Virus record (IMG/VR): IMGVR_UViG_3300022752_000002
Span: 883-64,882 of that record
Source: a virus
Lineage: Duplodnaviria > Caudoviricetes
Direction: 5' to 3' (one strand)
Length of the DNA: 64,000 bases
Made by a program: the position numbers and the translations under genes. Positions within the stretch are counted from its first letter, which is position 1; every line of letters starts with the position of its first letter. Of this stretch, positions 27,021 through 36,219 are shown one piece after another. The notes under the pieces are model-generated. The model ran no database searches. It saw only the letters and a program-made list of their open reading frames with translations, and was not told the origin of the DNA.

Positions 27021-27191
27021 GGTGTTGCGACAAAATGATAGCCCGTTGTAGATACAAAAACTTGAGACATGGCGTGTACTTGCTGTTACGTGAAGACATA
27101 TTGTCCGACACAACAGAGGTTTCCGCATGTTCCCTTGGGAATAGGGACATCAGTAGTAGTATTAGGAAACCTAATAGTAGACACCCGACCA

Positions 27192-27674
27192 ATGGACCCG
27201 GATGGACAGTTGCTTTTGGCAAAAGAGTTTGAATCCAAGGAATTATCCCATTTGGACTACATGAAGACCTTTGTCCGGATCAGGTCGATCAATGGCAAAA
27301 ATGTGTATTTGGTGCATCCTGACGACTTATTGGATGATGAGGAGCGGTGGCGGGGTTGCCGGGCTTGTTGCCGGGAATGCAAGCGGGCCTGCAACGCCAA
27401 ACCGGTGGTAGACCCCAAAGTGACCCGCCGTGCGGCCGCTATTAAGAGGGTTGAAACTTTTGTGTTGACACAAGCAGGGGGAAAAAATAATTTGCCCGAC
27501 GTTGAAGCCGCTGTCAAAAAACGCATGCAATTCCTCGGCAGTCTCGGGGGCAGAAAAAAATCGCCAAAAAAACGTGTGTCCGCTCGGCTTGCGGCACTCG
27601 CACGATGGAGGATGCGTAAGCTAAATTCCGAATCCAATTGTGCGATGCCAAGCGATGGTAAAGTCGCACAATAA
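27192..27674 (+). CDS. Hypothetical protein, basic C-terminus, Cys cluster
   Basis: CRACCRECKRAC; LGSLGGRKKSPKK...ARW; start uncertain. Confidence 0.45.
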   Translation: MDPDGQLLLAKEFESKELSHLDYMKTFVRIRSINGKNVYLVHPDDLLDDEERWRGCRACCRECKRACNAKPVVDPKVTRRAAAIKRVETFVLTQAGGKNNLPDVEAAVKKRMQFLGSLGGRKKSPKKRVSARLAALARWRMRKLNSESNCAMPSDGKVAQ

Positions 27675-27981
27675 ATATTCGAGCACTTAAAATTTATCGC
27701 TTCGCATAGACTAAAATTTCTCAAAAAGGCCTTTCGAAGTTAGACGCTAGGCTTCGCAAAAAGTCCAAGCCGGTTCCGTTCCCCAAGGATTACCAGTGGG
27801 ATTGGATCAGGCATTTCCTCATTCGCGGTCTTCGTAAGACCGATTTTGTCCACTTCAGCGGGAACGACACCCGCCAGATTCTTTGCGCCCTAAATCATTT
27901 TGACAATTTTTTGAATTGTCGCTTTCGGGGGCGTTATCGCTCCGCACCGCTGGAAAACGAATGCAAAAGCGGGAACGGTTT

Positions 27982-28815
27982 ATGACACAACAAACAAATA
28001 CCAACACTCAACTCATAGATTCGTCGGCCCTTCACCACGGCCTTCGGACCTTGGCGCATGTGGTGAAAGACAACGTCCTTGAGCAGACGATCTCCATACA
28101 GGGGAAGCGGTATATCAAGGTCGAGGGCTGGGGGATGCTGGCCAATGCGGCCGGATTCATTCCCGGAGTGGCCGAGGTTCGTCCCGAGGGGGACGGCTTT
28201 GTGGCCACGGCAGAGCTTCGCAAGGCCGACACCGGCATTGTGGTGGCAAAGGCTGAGGGATTCTGCGGGCGGGATGAGCCCCGCTGGAAGAACGCCCCTG
28301 CCTATGCCATTCGCTCGATGGCCCAGACACGAGCTTTGTCCAAGGTGGTTCGATCTGCCTTGGCGAGCGTGGTTCCCTTGATGGGGGTTTCCGATCTTTC
28401 CGCGACTCCTGCGGAGGAAGTCCCCGATGGCGGGTTCAAGGATCACGAGGCCCGTGGTCGGATCGTAGAGGTGGAGCCCACGCCGGCGGAAGCCCGTGCA
28501 ATCAACACCCTGATTCAGGCCGAATCCGATGGCACAAGGGTTGCTGAAAGGAATCGTCAGGCGATTCAGGTGGATCCCAACGCTCCGGTGGAGGACATGG
28601 TGCTGGCCTTCGGCAAGTACAAGGGCAAGACCATCCGCCAGATCGCTCGTGAGGACGAGGGTCGGCGTTACCTCGCTTGGCTTGAGGGACAGGAACTCAA
28701 GTTGGGCAAGGACGGCAAGCCGTTCCAGAAGGACATTCAGCGAAACAAGATCATCCGCCGGCTGCTGGAGACCGCGCCGGAGGCCTTGGACACCGCTGAC
28801 AACGTGCCGTTCTGA
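27982..28815 (+). CDS. Putative single-strand annealing/recombination protein
   Basis: GKRYIKVEGW, RSMAQTRALSK; C-terminal FGKYKGK...YLAWL domain; acidic tail DNVPF. Confidence 0.6.
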   Translation: MTQQTNTNTQLIDSSALHHGLRTLAHVVKDNVLEQTISIQGKRYIKVEGWGMLANAAGFIPGVAEVRPEGDGFVATAELRKADTGIVVAKAEGFCGRDEPRWKNAPAYAIRSMAQTRALSKVVRSALASVVPLMGVSDLSATPAEEVPDGGFKDHEARGRIVEVEPTPAEARAINTLIQAESDGTRVAERNRQAIQVDPNAPVEDMVLAFGKYKGKTIRQIAREDEGRRYLAWLEGQELKLGKDGKPFQKDIQRNKIIRRLLETAPEALDTADNVPF

Positions 28816-28967
28816 TGACTTGGGAGTTCTTCAAGGTGCTTGCTGAAACCGCCATGACGATTGTTGGCTACACGCTCTTTGTCGGAGCTGGGGTCACAGG
28901 AGTCGTTTTTGTGGGGGCTTTTATGCTCTGGCTCTACGACAGGGTCAGAAAGGAGATGTGTGAGTAA
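28815..28967 (+). CDS. 50-aa membrane protein (not in ORF track)
   Basis: MTWEFFKVLAETAMTIVGYTLFVGAGVTGVVFVGAFMLWLY; TGATG overlap. Confidence 0.5.
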   Translation: MTWEFFKVLAETAMTIVGYTLFVGAGVTGVVFVGAFMLWLYDRVRKEMCE

Positions 28968-29163
28968 GCCGGTCAATGTGCAGGGACCGGACGGCCTTCA
29001 CTTTATCTGGGTCGGGAAAACCGACTTGGATGGGGACTTCATGCACCTGTGCGATGACGACATGGCTCGGATCTTCTGCGTCCCAAAGGAGTGGGTGTCG
29101 GATGCCACCGAACAGCAGATAGCCGAAGTCAAAAAGATGGGTGAGGAGGTTGAGGTAGAATGA
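28960..29163 (+). CDS. Small hypothetical protein
   Basis: GTG start overlapping the upstream ORF; coupled to the nuclease. Confidence 0.45.
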   Translation: MSKPVNVQGPDGLHFIWVGKTDLDGDFMHLCDDDMARIFCVPKEWVSDATEQQIAEVKKMGEEVEVE

Positions 29164-30227
29164 TCGTTGCTGACGACAGAAAGGGATTGCCCTCTGCCTC
29201 CAAGCGGGAGCGGTGGAGCAAATGTCCGGGGTCGCATGCCCTTGAAAAGCTTGCGCCCGAACAGGAGACCACCGAGGCCTTGCTGAAAGGCAATCGAATC
29301 CATGATGCCCTCTACAAGGGCGATCTGTCTGTCTTGGTAGACGAGGAGAGGGAACTTGCCGAAAGGCTGGTCGAGCTTGAAAGGGAGGCGATCTCCCAAT
29401 GGAAAAAGGACATCGGCTATGAGGGCAAGCCCTTGCTCCTTAAAGAACAGAGGCTGGGATTCGCGGATAGGGGCGAGGTCAGGATGACCGGCAAGCCCGA
29501 TGTGGTTTATTCCAACGACGAGACCATTTTGGTCATCGATTACAAGACAGGGATGGTGGGCGTTGAGTCCACCGAGAATCCCCAGCTTCGAGCCTTGGCG
29601 GTGCTGGCGGCTGAGGAGTTTGGGGTCAAGACGGCCTATGTGACCATCCTTCAGGCCGGCAATCCGGTGGTAATTGAGAAGTTGTCTGAGTCCGCCCTAA
29701 GGATGGAATCCGAGCGGTTAAAGAACGAGCTGGAGAGGCTTGAGACAAGCATAGACACCCGCGTTTCCGGCCCCCAATGCCAGTATTGCAGGGCGGTGGG
29801 CATCTGTCCCGAGGCGGCAAGCCAAACGCTCGCTTTGGCCCAAATACGGCCCGAAACGAGGGATTTAATCAATCCCAGCGACCTTCCCAAGCTTTTGGAG
29901 GGATGCATTGTGGCCGAGGCCGTCATAGATGCAGTTCGGGCTAGGGCGAAGGAGATCATTTCTGGTGGCGGCGAGGTGAAGGGCTGGAAGGTTCAGTCGG
30001 TTAGGAAGCGTTTTATTACCGACGATACAGAGGCCCTACAGCGTCTCTCGGAAGAGCTTGGAACCGATGGTGCGCTTAAGGTTGCGTCCGTTTCGTTGAC
30101 CGAGGCTGAAAAAGCCATTCAAGCCAAACACAAGTGCTCCAAGGCCGAGGCCGGCAAGCGGATCGATGCCCTTTTGGGTGAGCTCGTTGACCGCAAGGAG
30201 ATCGAAAGGCTGATGCGATGCAAGTAA
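29160..30227 (+). CDS. PD-(D/E)XK exonuclease (DUF2800/Cas4-like)
   Basis: SAS...RWSKCPGS, GxxIH, GKPD, IDYKTG, QLxxL, CQYCRAVGICP. Confidence 0.85.
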   Translation: MIVADDRKGLPSASKRERWSKCPGSHALEKLAPEQETTEALLKGNRIHDALYKGDLSVLVDEERELAERLVELEREAISQWKKDIGYEGKPLLLKEQRLGFADRGEVRMTGKPDVVYSNDETILVIDYKTGMVGVESTENPQLRALAVLAAEEFGVKTAYVTILQAGNPVVIEKLSESALRMESERLKNELERLETSIDTRVSGPQCQYCRAVGICPEAASQTLALAQIRPETRDLINPSDLPKLLEGCIVAEAVIDAVRARAKEIISGGGEVKGWKVQSVRKRFITDDTEALQRLSEELGTDGALKVASVSLTEAEKAIQAKHKCSKAEAGKRIDALLGELVDRKEIERLMRCK

Positions 30228-30715
30228 AGCTATCGGTCAACGAGGTGCTGGTCGCCGGCTATGTCGGGATGCGAAGGAACGCCGAGGCATCCTACAAGCA
30301 CCGGGAGATGCGTTTCCCCGAAAGGAATGTGGGTGAGCTTTGGGGGAATCATATCGAATCGGCCCATGCTGAGTTGGTTGTTTCGAAGGCCCTTGGAATC
30401 TACTGGGGTTTCGGGGTCAACACTTTCCACAACCCCGACATTGCCGACACTAATCTGGAGGTCCGCTGGTCGAGCCGTGACGATGTCAAAATACGGCCTG
30501 ACGACAGCGGAATCATTGTGTCGGTCAAGGGGCGATGCCCCGATTACGAGATCATGGGATGGATTTATGCATCAGAGGGACAAGCCGAGCAGTTCAAGTA
30601 CAGCAAGGAGCCGGTTTGTTACTTCGTCCCGCATAAACATCTGAGGCCGTTTCATAGCCTTGAAGCGCTCTTGGAGAAAAAGAAACAGGAAAGGCTAAAT
30701 ATGGAGGGAAAATGA
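30218..30715 (+). CDS. Hypothetical protein, possible restriction-endonuclease fold
   Basis: AELVVSKALG, PDI, LEVR, GWI. Confidence 0.5.
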   Translation: MQVKLSVNEVLVAGYVGMRRNAEASYKHREMRFPERNVGELWGNHIESAHAELVVSKALGIYWGFGVNTFHNPDIADTNLEVRWSSRDDVKIRPDDSGIIVSVKGRCPDYEIMGWIYASEGQAEQFKYSKEPVCYFVPHKHLRPFHSLEALLEKKKQERLNMEGK

Positions 30716-31302
30716 AAACAGAAACCGGCTCGAAAATCATCTATCTAAATCCGGATCGTGCTATGGACTTTACGGACAATGAGGTCCTGCACGATGCGGT
30801 AACGCAAAGGGCAAGAAAGGTGCTGGATCCTCTGGCCAACTCCGAGATTGCCCGCCTTGAAGAGGTGGTTGCATCGCTCAAGAAGGCCGTGAACGAACTG
30901 CAGGACTTGCGGGTCGAGGTTGCCTCCTACCGCGAAGTCACCGTCAAGCTGGCTTGCGAGCTTGGGATGATCCAGAAAACCGGCCTATTCAAGAATCCGG
31001 GATCCTCTCAGGCCCATAACGTCATTCTTGCCGCCTCTAGCGCATTTGGTGTTTCGACCCAAAAGCTGCTTGGCAAGGAGCGTCCCGATTACATTGCCCA
31101 TCCCCGCATGGCCGCAATGTGGGTGCTTCGAACAAAGCTGGGAATGCCGCTGACGGAGGTTGGGGCCCTCTTTGGCCGAGACCACGGAACCGTGCTTCAT
31201 GCATGCAATCGGGTTCCGGCAATGATGAAAAAGAACAAGGTGTTTGCTGAAAACGTGATGAAGGTTTTGAACACGTTTAATTGGGAACAGGAGTCCAAAT
31301 GA
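30712..31302 (+). CDS. DnaA C-terminal (domain IV) HTH protein
   Basis: FGVSxxxLLGKER, IAHPRMAAMW, LTEVGALFGRDHGTVLHA. Confidence 0.85.
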   Translation: MKTETGSKIIYLNPDRAMDFTDNEVLHDAVTQRARKVLDPLANSEIARLEEVVASLKKAVNELQDLRVEVASYREVTVKLACELGMIQKTGLFKNPGSSQAHNVILAASSAFGVSTQKLLGKERPDYIAHPRMAAMWVLRTKLGMPLTEVGALFGRDHGTVLHACNRVPAMMKKNKVFAENVMKVLNTFNWEQESK

Positions 31303-31469
31303 AGGACGGCCTTTACGCCAACATCCATCAGAAACGCAAGCGGATTGCCCGTGGTTCGGGCGAGAAGATGCGTAAACCCGGACAGAAGGGCGCGCCCACG
31401 GCAGAGGCGTTCCGCAAGTCGGCCAAAACCGCCAAACCCATCAACACGAGGAAAATGTATGATTCTTGA
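31299..31469 (+). CDS. Small basic phage protein
   Basis: GLYANIHQKRKRIARGSGEKMRKPG.KGAPT. Confidence 0.65.
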   Translation: MKDGLYANIHQKRKRIARGSGEKMRKPGQKGAPTAEAFRKSAKTAKPINTRKMYDS

Positions 31470-31674
31470 GGATCACGAATACGACTCGCTGATACGTATG
31501 TCGGCTGGCGAGACGGACGGGCAAGCCATGAGGCTAATCCGCTGGGCGGAAAAGATCAGGGTGAATGAGTCAATTCTCCGGCTGGTTCTCAATGGAGCTT
31601 TAACCGCAATGGTTGATGGGGATGAGGTAAGCGTTCGCCCTACTCAGGGCAAAGTGGAGGTGCTCCATGAGTAG
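31459..31674 (+). CDS. Hypothetical protein
   Basis: MILEDHEY; overlaps neighbours. Confidence 0.5.
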   Translation: MILEDHEYDSLIRMSAGETDGQAMRLIRWAEKIRVNESILRLVLNGALTAMVDGDEVSVRPTQGKVEVLHE

Positions 31675-31936
31675 TCCAGCTTGGCAGAGGAAAGAAGGGA
31701 AGAATCCCGATGGCGGTCTCAACGAGGCCGGCCGGCGTAGCTACAATCGGGCTACAGGTGGCAATCTTAAGGCTCCAGTCAGCCGTGAGGAAGCCTCTCG
31801 GTCCAAGAAGTCGGCGGCTCGCCGGAGGTCTTTCTGCGCCCGCATGGAGGGCATGAAGCGGAAAAACACCTCTTCGTCTACGGCCAAAGACCCCGACAGC
31901 CGCATCAATAAAAGCCTAAGAAAGTGGGACTGCTGA
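31667..31936 (+). CDS. DUF6321-like small basic protein
   Basis: AWQRKEGKNPDGGLN, RRRSFCARM, DPDSRINKSLRKWDC. Confidence 0.7.
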   Translation: MSSPAWQRKEGKNPDGGLNEAGRRSYNRATGGNLKAPVSREEASRSKKSAARRRSFCARMEGMKRKNTSSSTAKDPDSRINKSLRKWDC

Positions 31937-32193
31937 TGGACTCTGAGCTCATGCTGGAAAATGTCGAGAGGCTCAGGGAGTTTGAGCCATTTGTCTGGTA
32001 CAGGGAAGTGATGGGCAAGGCTCTATCCAAGATGGCCAACCTTTGTCTGGACTCCTCGGTAACTCAGGAGGAAAGGGAAAGGCGATTTCAGCAGTATGTT
32101 GGCGCCTCCACGCTGGACAGGATTTTTGACGAAATGGACAAGGGGCTAAGGCTTGGGCTTGCCCAGAAAAAGAAGGCCGAAGATGCCAAGTAG
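31936..32193 (+). CDS. Hypothetical protein
   Basis: TGATG coupling. Confidence 0.55.
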   Translation: MDSELMLENVERLREFEPFVWYREVMGKALSKMANLCLDSSVTQEERERRFQQYVGASTLDRIFDEMDKGLRLGLAQKKKAEDAK

Positions 32194-32431
32194 GCCACAG
32201 AAGAGTAGCCCAGCCGAGATTGTTGCCGAGGAGCGAAAGCAACAGGCGTTTTGGCGTAATGTTGTGACCTATTCGGTCTGTCAGTTCGGGCCGATATTGG
32301 TAGAGGAAAAGCCGTTTGAGGGTGTTTTGGACATTCAAAGCACCGAAAGGGGCCTCGTCGTCAGGATCGAGGGCCTGCGGAGGAGCCTTAAGACAAGGCT
32401 GATTGGAGCATGGCGAGTTCTAACAGGATAG
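32183..32431 (+). CDS. Hypothetical protein
   Basis: Overlaps neighbours. Confidence 0.5.
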   Translation: MPSRPQKSSPAEIVAEERKQQAFWRNVVTYSVCQFGPILVEEKPFEGVLDIQSTERGLVVRIEGLRRSLKTRLIGAWRVLTG

Positions 32432-32826
32432 CCGCCACGCTTCCGGTTGCCCCTAGGAGCATCCAAAGCACCCTCAGATTTGCTTCCAAGGGTGGTGTAA
32501 GGGTGTTTCGAAATTCCGCATACAAAACCTACATGCGGGATCTTGTGTTTGCCGCCAACAAGCATGCGCCGGCGGCATTTTTGGAGGGGCCGCTAAAGGC
32601 CGATGTCACTTTTGTCCTAGAAAGGCCAAAGAGCAAAAAGAAGGGCCAAAGGGAGTACGCACCGGTTCGGCCGGACAGGGACAATCTTATCAAGCCGGTC
32701 ATGGACGCTTTGACAACCAGCAATTGGTGGAAGGACGACGCCCAAGTCGTCACAGGAGACATAACAAAGGTTTATGGAGCATCAGGCGAAAAACCATGCA
32801 TCGAAATCGTCGTTTCTAAAGTTTAG
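32410..32826 (+). CDS. rusA: RusA-family Holliday junction resolvase
   Basis: RPDRDNLIKPVMDAL, WKDDAQVV. Confidence 0.88.
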   Translation: MASSNRIAATLPVAPRSIQSTLRFASKGGVRVFRNSAYKTYMRDLVFAANKHAPAAFLEGPLKADVTFVLERPKSKKKGQREYAPVRPDRDNLIKPVMDALTTSNWWKDDAQVVTGDITKVYGASGEKPCIEIVVSKV

Positions 32827-33463
32827 CCCAGCCAGTTGGTGGGCAGACACAGGAAACCTGACTCTGGAGGCTAAGGCCCTCTGGATGGAGATGCTTTTGC
32901 TTATGCATATTTCACCGAAAAGGGGCTACTTGCTGAAAGAGGATGGGACTCCATACGGTGCAAAGGACATTGCCAAGCGGATTAAAAGAAGTCATTTGGA
33001 GGCGACCTCTATTTGCAACGAGCTTCAGGCATCAAAGGTTTTCAGCCGAAACGATGACGGGGTTATCTACTCGCGAAGGATGGTTCGTGAGCAGGCTAAA
33101 ATTGAGAAGGAGAACAATGAGGCAAGAGCTGAAGATGAGGCCGCCAAAATAGAGAAAGTTCTTAAAATGGCCCGGGAGAGGGGTGTGGATACGGCAATTG
33201 AGCTGAAGAAGCTTCAGGCCTATTTGCTTGCTCACACCGACAAAAGATACTGCCTTAAGTTTGTGGTCAGCTGGATGAATCGCGCAATTCCTACGCTTCC
33301 ACCCAAAAGAAGGGGAAGACCACAAAACTGGCATTGTTACAGCCCGCCATCAGGAAGGGCTTGGTGTGGCCTTGGCTCCAAGGAGGAGTGGATAAAGGCC
33401 GGGAAGCCTTCAGAAGAGGATCTTCTGCTTGCCAAGCGTAGTCCTGAGGAGATTCCGGCGTGA
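32774..33463 (+). CDS. Phage replication initiator/replisome organiser-like protein
   Basis: FLKFSPASWWAD, LWMEMLLLMH, GYL, IYSRRMVRE. Confidence 0.65.
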   Translation: MEHQAKNHASKSSFLKFSPASWWADTGNLTLEAKALWMEMLLLMHISPKRGYLLKEDGTPYGAKDIAKRIKRSHLEATSICNELQASKVFSRNDDGVIYSRRMVREQAKIEKENNEARAEDEAAKIEKVLKMARERGVDTAIELKKLQAYLLAHTDKRYCLKFVVSWMNRAIPTLPPKRRGRPQNWHCYSPPSGRAWCGLGSKEEWIKAGKPSEEDLLLAKRSPEEIPA

Positions 33464-33843
33464 GCGAGTATTATCAACCTCAGGTTTTGGACCCACAGAA
33501 CCGCATCTGGTACTTGGATGCCCTTTGCGTAATCAATGAACTTGGGGGACAGCTGATGGCCGGCAAGGTCGAGGGCAAGGACTGGGTCAGGGTTGGCCAG
33601 CCGGTCAAAAATTTTTGCGCCCCAAACGGCATCTGCTATTCGATCCGGTTTGCCTGCATCAGGATTCCTTCGGAAGGATGGGGATGGCTCAAAAGAATGC
33701 TCAACACGGAGCAGTATGACAAGGCTCGGGAAATGTGCCTCATGACGAGCGAGGAATTTAAGAGAAGGACCGAGGAGTATGTTGCCGAGGCTGAAAAGCG
33801 CCATGGCAAAAGAATTTCGGAGATAATTCCGAATGTACGTTGA
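33460..33843 (+). CDS. Hypothetical protein
   Basis: GTGA-coupled. Confidence 0.55.
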   Translation: MSEYYQPQVLDPQNRIWYLDALCVINELGGQLMAGKVEGKDWVRVGQPVKNFCAPNGICYSIRFACIRIPSEGWGWLKRMLNTEQYDKAREMCLMTSEEFKRRTEEYVAEAEKRHGKRISEIIPNVR

Positions 33844-34153
33844 CATGGACAAAGCTGTTGCCGAGGCCCTTTCCATGCGCGTTGGCGCACTTGAGAAAAG
33901 GGTCGGACTTCTTGAGAGCAGAATGCAGTCTCACCCAAGCCCGGATGATGGTATCGAGGGCGGAACCGACTTCAAAAAGGCCTGCACTACGCTTGGATTT
34001 ACTGAAAAGCAGATCCTTAGCCACGACAGGACGGGGGAGCTTCAGGATGCAAGGTATCAGATTGCCAGAATTCTGATTAGGGGAGGCCTGACAGTACGCG
34101 AGATTTCTAGGATTATGCGTAGAAGCTGCCGGTCAATCCAGAGAATGATATGA
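33833..34153 (+). CDS. Second DnaA domain IV-like HTH protein
   Basis: QILSHDRT, DARYQIARIL, LTVREISRIMRR. Confidence 0.55.
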   Translation: MYVDMDKAVAEALSMRVGALEKRVGLLESRMQSHPSPDDGIEGGTDFKKACTTLGFTEKQILSHDRTGELQDARYQIARILIRGGLTVREISRIMRRSCRSIQRMI

Positions 34154-35205
34154 AGCCCAAGCATATTTATGTTTGGGGCTATCTCCATCAGTGTGGGGGT
34201 GCTGGGCCTGAGGCCGGTCACATTATCGAGCTTCTTAGGTTTAACCAATGTGAAGTGACTTGTGTTCTTACGCCCGGGACGGATGTCCTAAAAACATCCG
34301 AGCCGAGAAGACGTTATTTTGACAGCATAGGGGTTAAGACAGAGGAATACAGGCCGGGCATGCTGACAGGCAAGGTTGTGTGGTGTTGGTGTCAGGATGA
34401 GATTTTTAGGCATTTGTCGGTTAATGGTGAAAAACCCGCCATTTTGGCCTACTGGCCATGTATGAATTGGCTAACGGACAAGGAGCTTGTTGGGCTTGCA
34501 ATGATGCCGGGGACGGCAGTCTTGTGTCAGTCTGAATTTCAGAAGTCCAAAATAGACCAACTTATCTCTGCTTACGGACTGAAGGCCAAAACCAGCCTTT
34601 GTGGGACATATTTCAATGTTTATTCCCCGTGGAACAGATTTAGAAACCAGCCAAAAGACAGATCCAGATTCGATGTTATCCGGATAGGGAGGGATGATCC
34701 GTTAAAATATCCAGAGAACATGTGGGAGCTTGCCTTTAGGTATGGCTCGCCCAAAACGAAGGGCTTTCACGTGGTTGGCTGGGGCCCGAATGGCGAGGAA
34801 TTGCTTGGAGACCACAGGAAGGCAGATCACCCATATCATGGAAAGATATCAGGAAATATTCTTGGCCATGTTTATGATCCGCTTCTGATATCCGACATGC
34901 TGGCCTCTAGCCATGTCACGCTGATGTATTACCCTTGGGAGGAAAATGCCCCGAGAGTTGCTTTTGAGGCCATGGCAAGCGGGTCAGTGGTCGTTGGCAG
35001 ACCTGCTGGAGGTCTCCCGGAGTTCATCATTGACGGAGAGAGTGGGCTATTGTGTGAGAATGACGAACAGCTCATTTATCAGCTTGGAAGGCTGGCGTTT
35101 GATTATGAGGCGAGGGAGGCCTTGGCCCAGAATGCCTACACGCTTCTCGTTAGCGGCGTTGGGAATGGGGCCGGTGCGATAACAAGGATTTCGGAGTTTT
35201 TGTAA
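34150..35205 (+). CDS. GT-B (GT4-like) glycosyltransferase
   Basis: GGAG N-terminal loop; ENAPRVAFEAMASG (EX7E), GGLPEFIIDGESGLL. Confidence 0.85.
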   Translation: MKPKHIYVWGYLHQCGGAGPEAGHIIELLRFNQCEVTCVLTPGTDVLKTSEPRRRYFDSIGVKTEEYRPGMLTGKVVWCWCQDEIFRHLSVNGEKPAILAYWPCMNWLTDKELVGLAMMPGTAVLCQSEFQKSKIDQLISAYGLKAKTSLCGTYFNVYSPWNRFRNQPKDRSRFDVIRIGRDDPLKYPENMWELAFRYGSPKTKGFHVVGWGPNGEELLGDHRKADHPYHGKISGNILGHVYDPLLISDMLASSHVTLMYYPWEENAPRVAFEAMASGSVVVGRPAGGLPEFIIDGESGLLCENDEQLIYQLGRLAFDYEAREALAQNAYTLLVSGVGNGAGAITRISEFL

Positions 35206-35476
35206 GCTCTTTCTTGGGAAGCCTGTAGTGGGGTACCTTTCTGACCAACCCAAAATCCTTGTTTACGCATATCTTGAAATATTCAACTTCTACAAGACCC
35301 TCGTCCTTCAACCTTTTTAAAAACTTAAGAGCTTGGGTTCGATTTACTCCAAGCTGTTCGGCCACCTGATCGGAATTAAGCCAATCTTTCGGCACTTCTT
35401 CGGCCTGCTTTGATAGTGCGGCTTGAATGGCCCTAGCCCATTCGTTCTTGTGGGCCGGTAGTCGATGCAGGCTCAA
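35150..35476 (-). CDS. Winged-HTH DNA-binding protein
   Basis: WLNSDQVAEQLGVNRTQALKFLKRLKDEGLV. Confidence 0.6.
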   Translation of the reverse strand: MSLHRLPAHKNEWARAIQAALSKQAEEVPKDWLNSDQVAEQLGVNRTQALKFLKRLKDEGLVEVEYFKICVNKDFGLVRKVPHYRLPKKELTKTPKSLLSHRPHSQRR

Positions 35477-36219
35477 AATGACCTCACTTGGGTTGGAATG
35501 GTAAACTTCCCGCCCCTTTGTTTTGCCAGAAACACGTCATGGCTTTTATCCTCAAGGTGAATAAGCCCATAGGCAAATCCGTGTTGCCATCGCATTCTGC
35601 GCATATTGTTTCTATTGTAAGAAGGGGCTAAATTTGACAGGCATCCGATATTCCAAGCCTCTCTTGAGTCTATAGACACGGATTTGAAATAATCTATTGC
35701 GTGGGTATGTCCAAAAAGAACATTCCCGTAGGCATCGGCGTGTTGCTTGGCCGCATGCATGGCATGTCCGTATCCGTGCACAAACTTAAGAGACCCGCAT
35801 GAATAAACCCCAGAAACCGAGTCGTAGGGAAACATCCTTGCGCGAAGCTCTTTCATTAAAGACTCAATATTCTCAATTCCGTCATTGGCATAATCTCTGG
35901 CTACACCAGACCTTGCGTTTTGAGCCAAGTCAAAAATTCTCTCATCGTGATTTCCGCGCAAAAAAATCCGATCATCCCCAAATGAAAAGAAGCCCCTCAA
36001 AAACTCCTCTCCGGCAACCCAGTCCTCCTGAAGAGAAGATGCCTGCTCCTCTTCTCCAGCTCCCTTTCTGATTGCTTTGAAGTCCCACAAGTCGCCAATC
36101 ATCACCACCAAGTCGGGCTTAAACTCTGTCATGAACGAAAAAAGAGCTTTGACGGTTTTGTCGTCTTGCTCGCTTCCGTGAAGATCGCCTGCCGCAACAA
36201 ATTTAATTGGCCTACTCAT
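35473..36219 (-). CDS. Calcineurin-like metallophosphoesterase
   Basis: GDLH, IGD, GNHD, HG, GHTH. Confidence 0.88.
   Translation of the reverse strand: MSRPIKFVAAGDLHGSEQDDKTVKALFSFMTEFKPDLVVMIGDLWDFKAIRKGAGEEEQASSLQEDWVAGEEFLRGFFSFGDDRIFLRGNHDERIFDLAQNARSGVARDYANDGIENIESLMKELRARMFPYDSVSGVYSCGSLKFVHGYGHAMHAAKQHADAYGNVLFGHTHAIDYFKSVSIDSREAWNIGCLSNLAPSYNRNNMRRMRWQHGFAYGLIHLEDKSHDVFLAKQRGGKFTIPTQVRSF

Noticed and set aside
29160-30227. Cas4 as evidence of CRISPR-Cas
   Set aside because: Typical stand-alone phage exonuclease in a recombination operon
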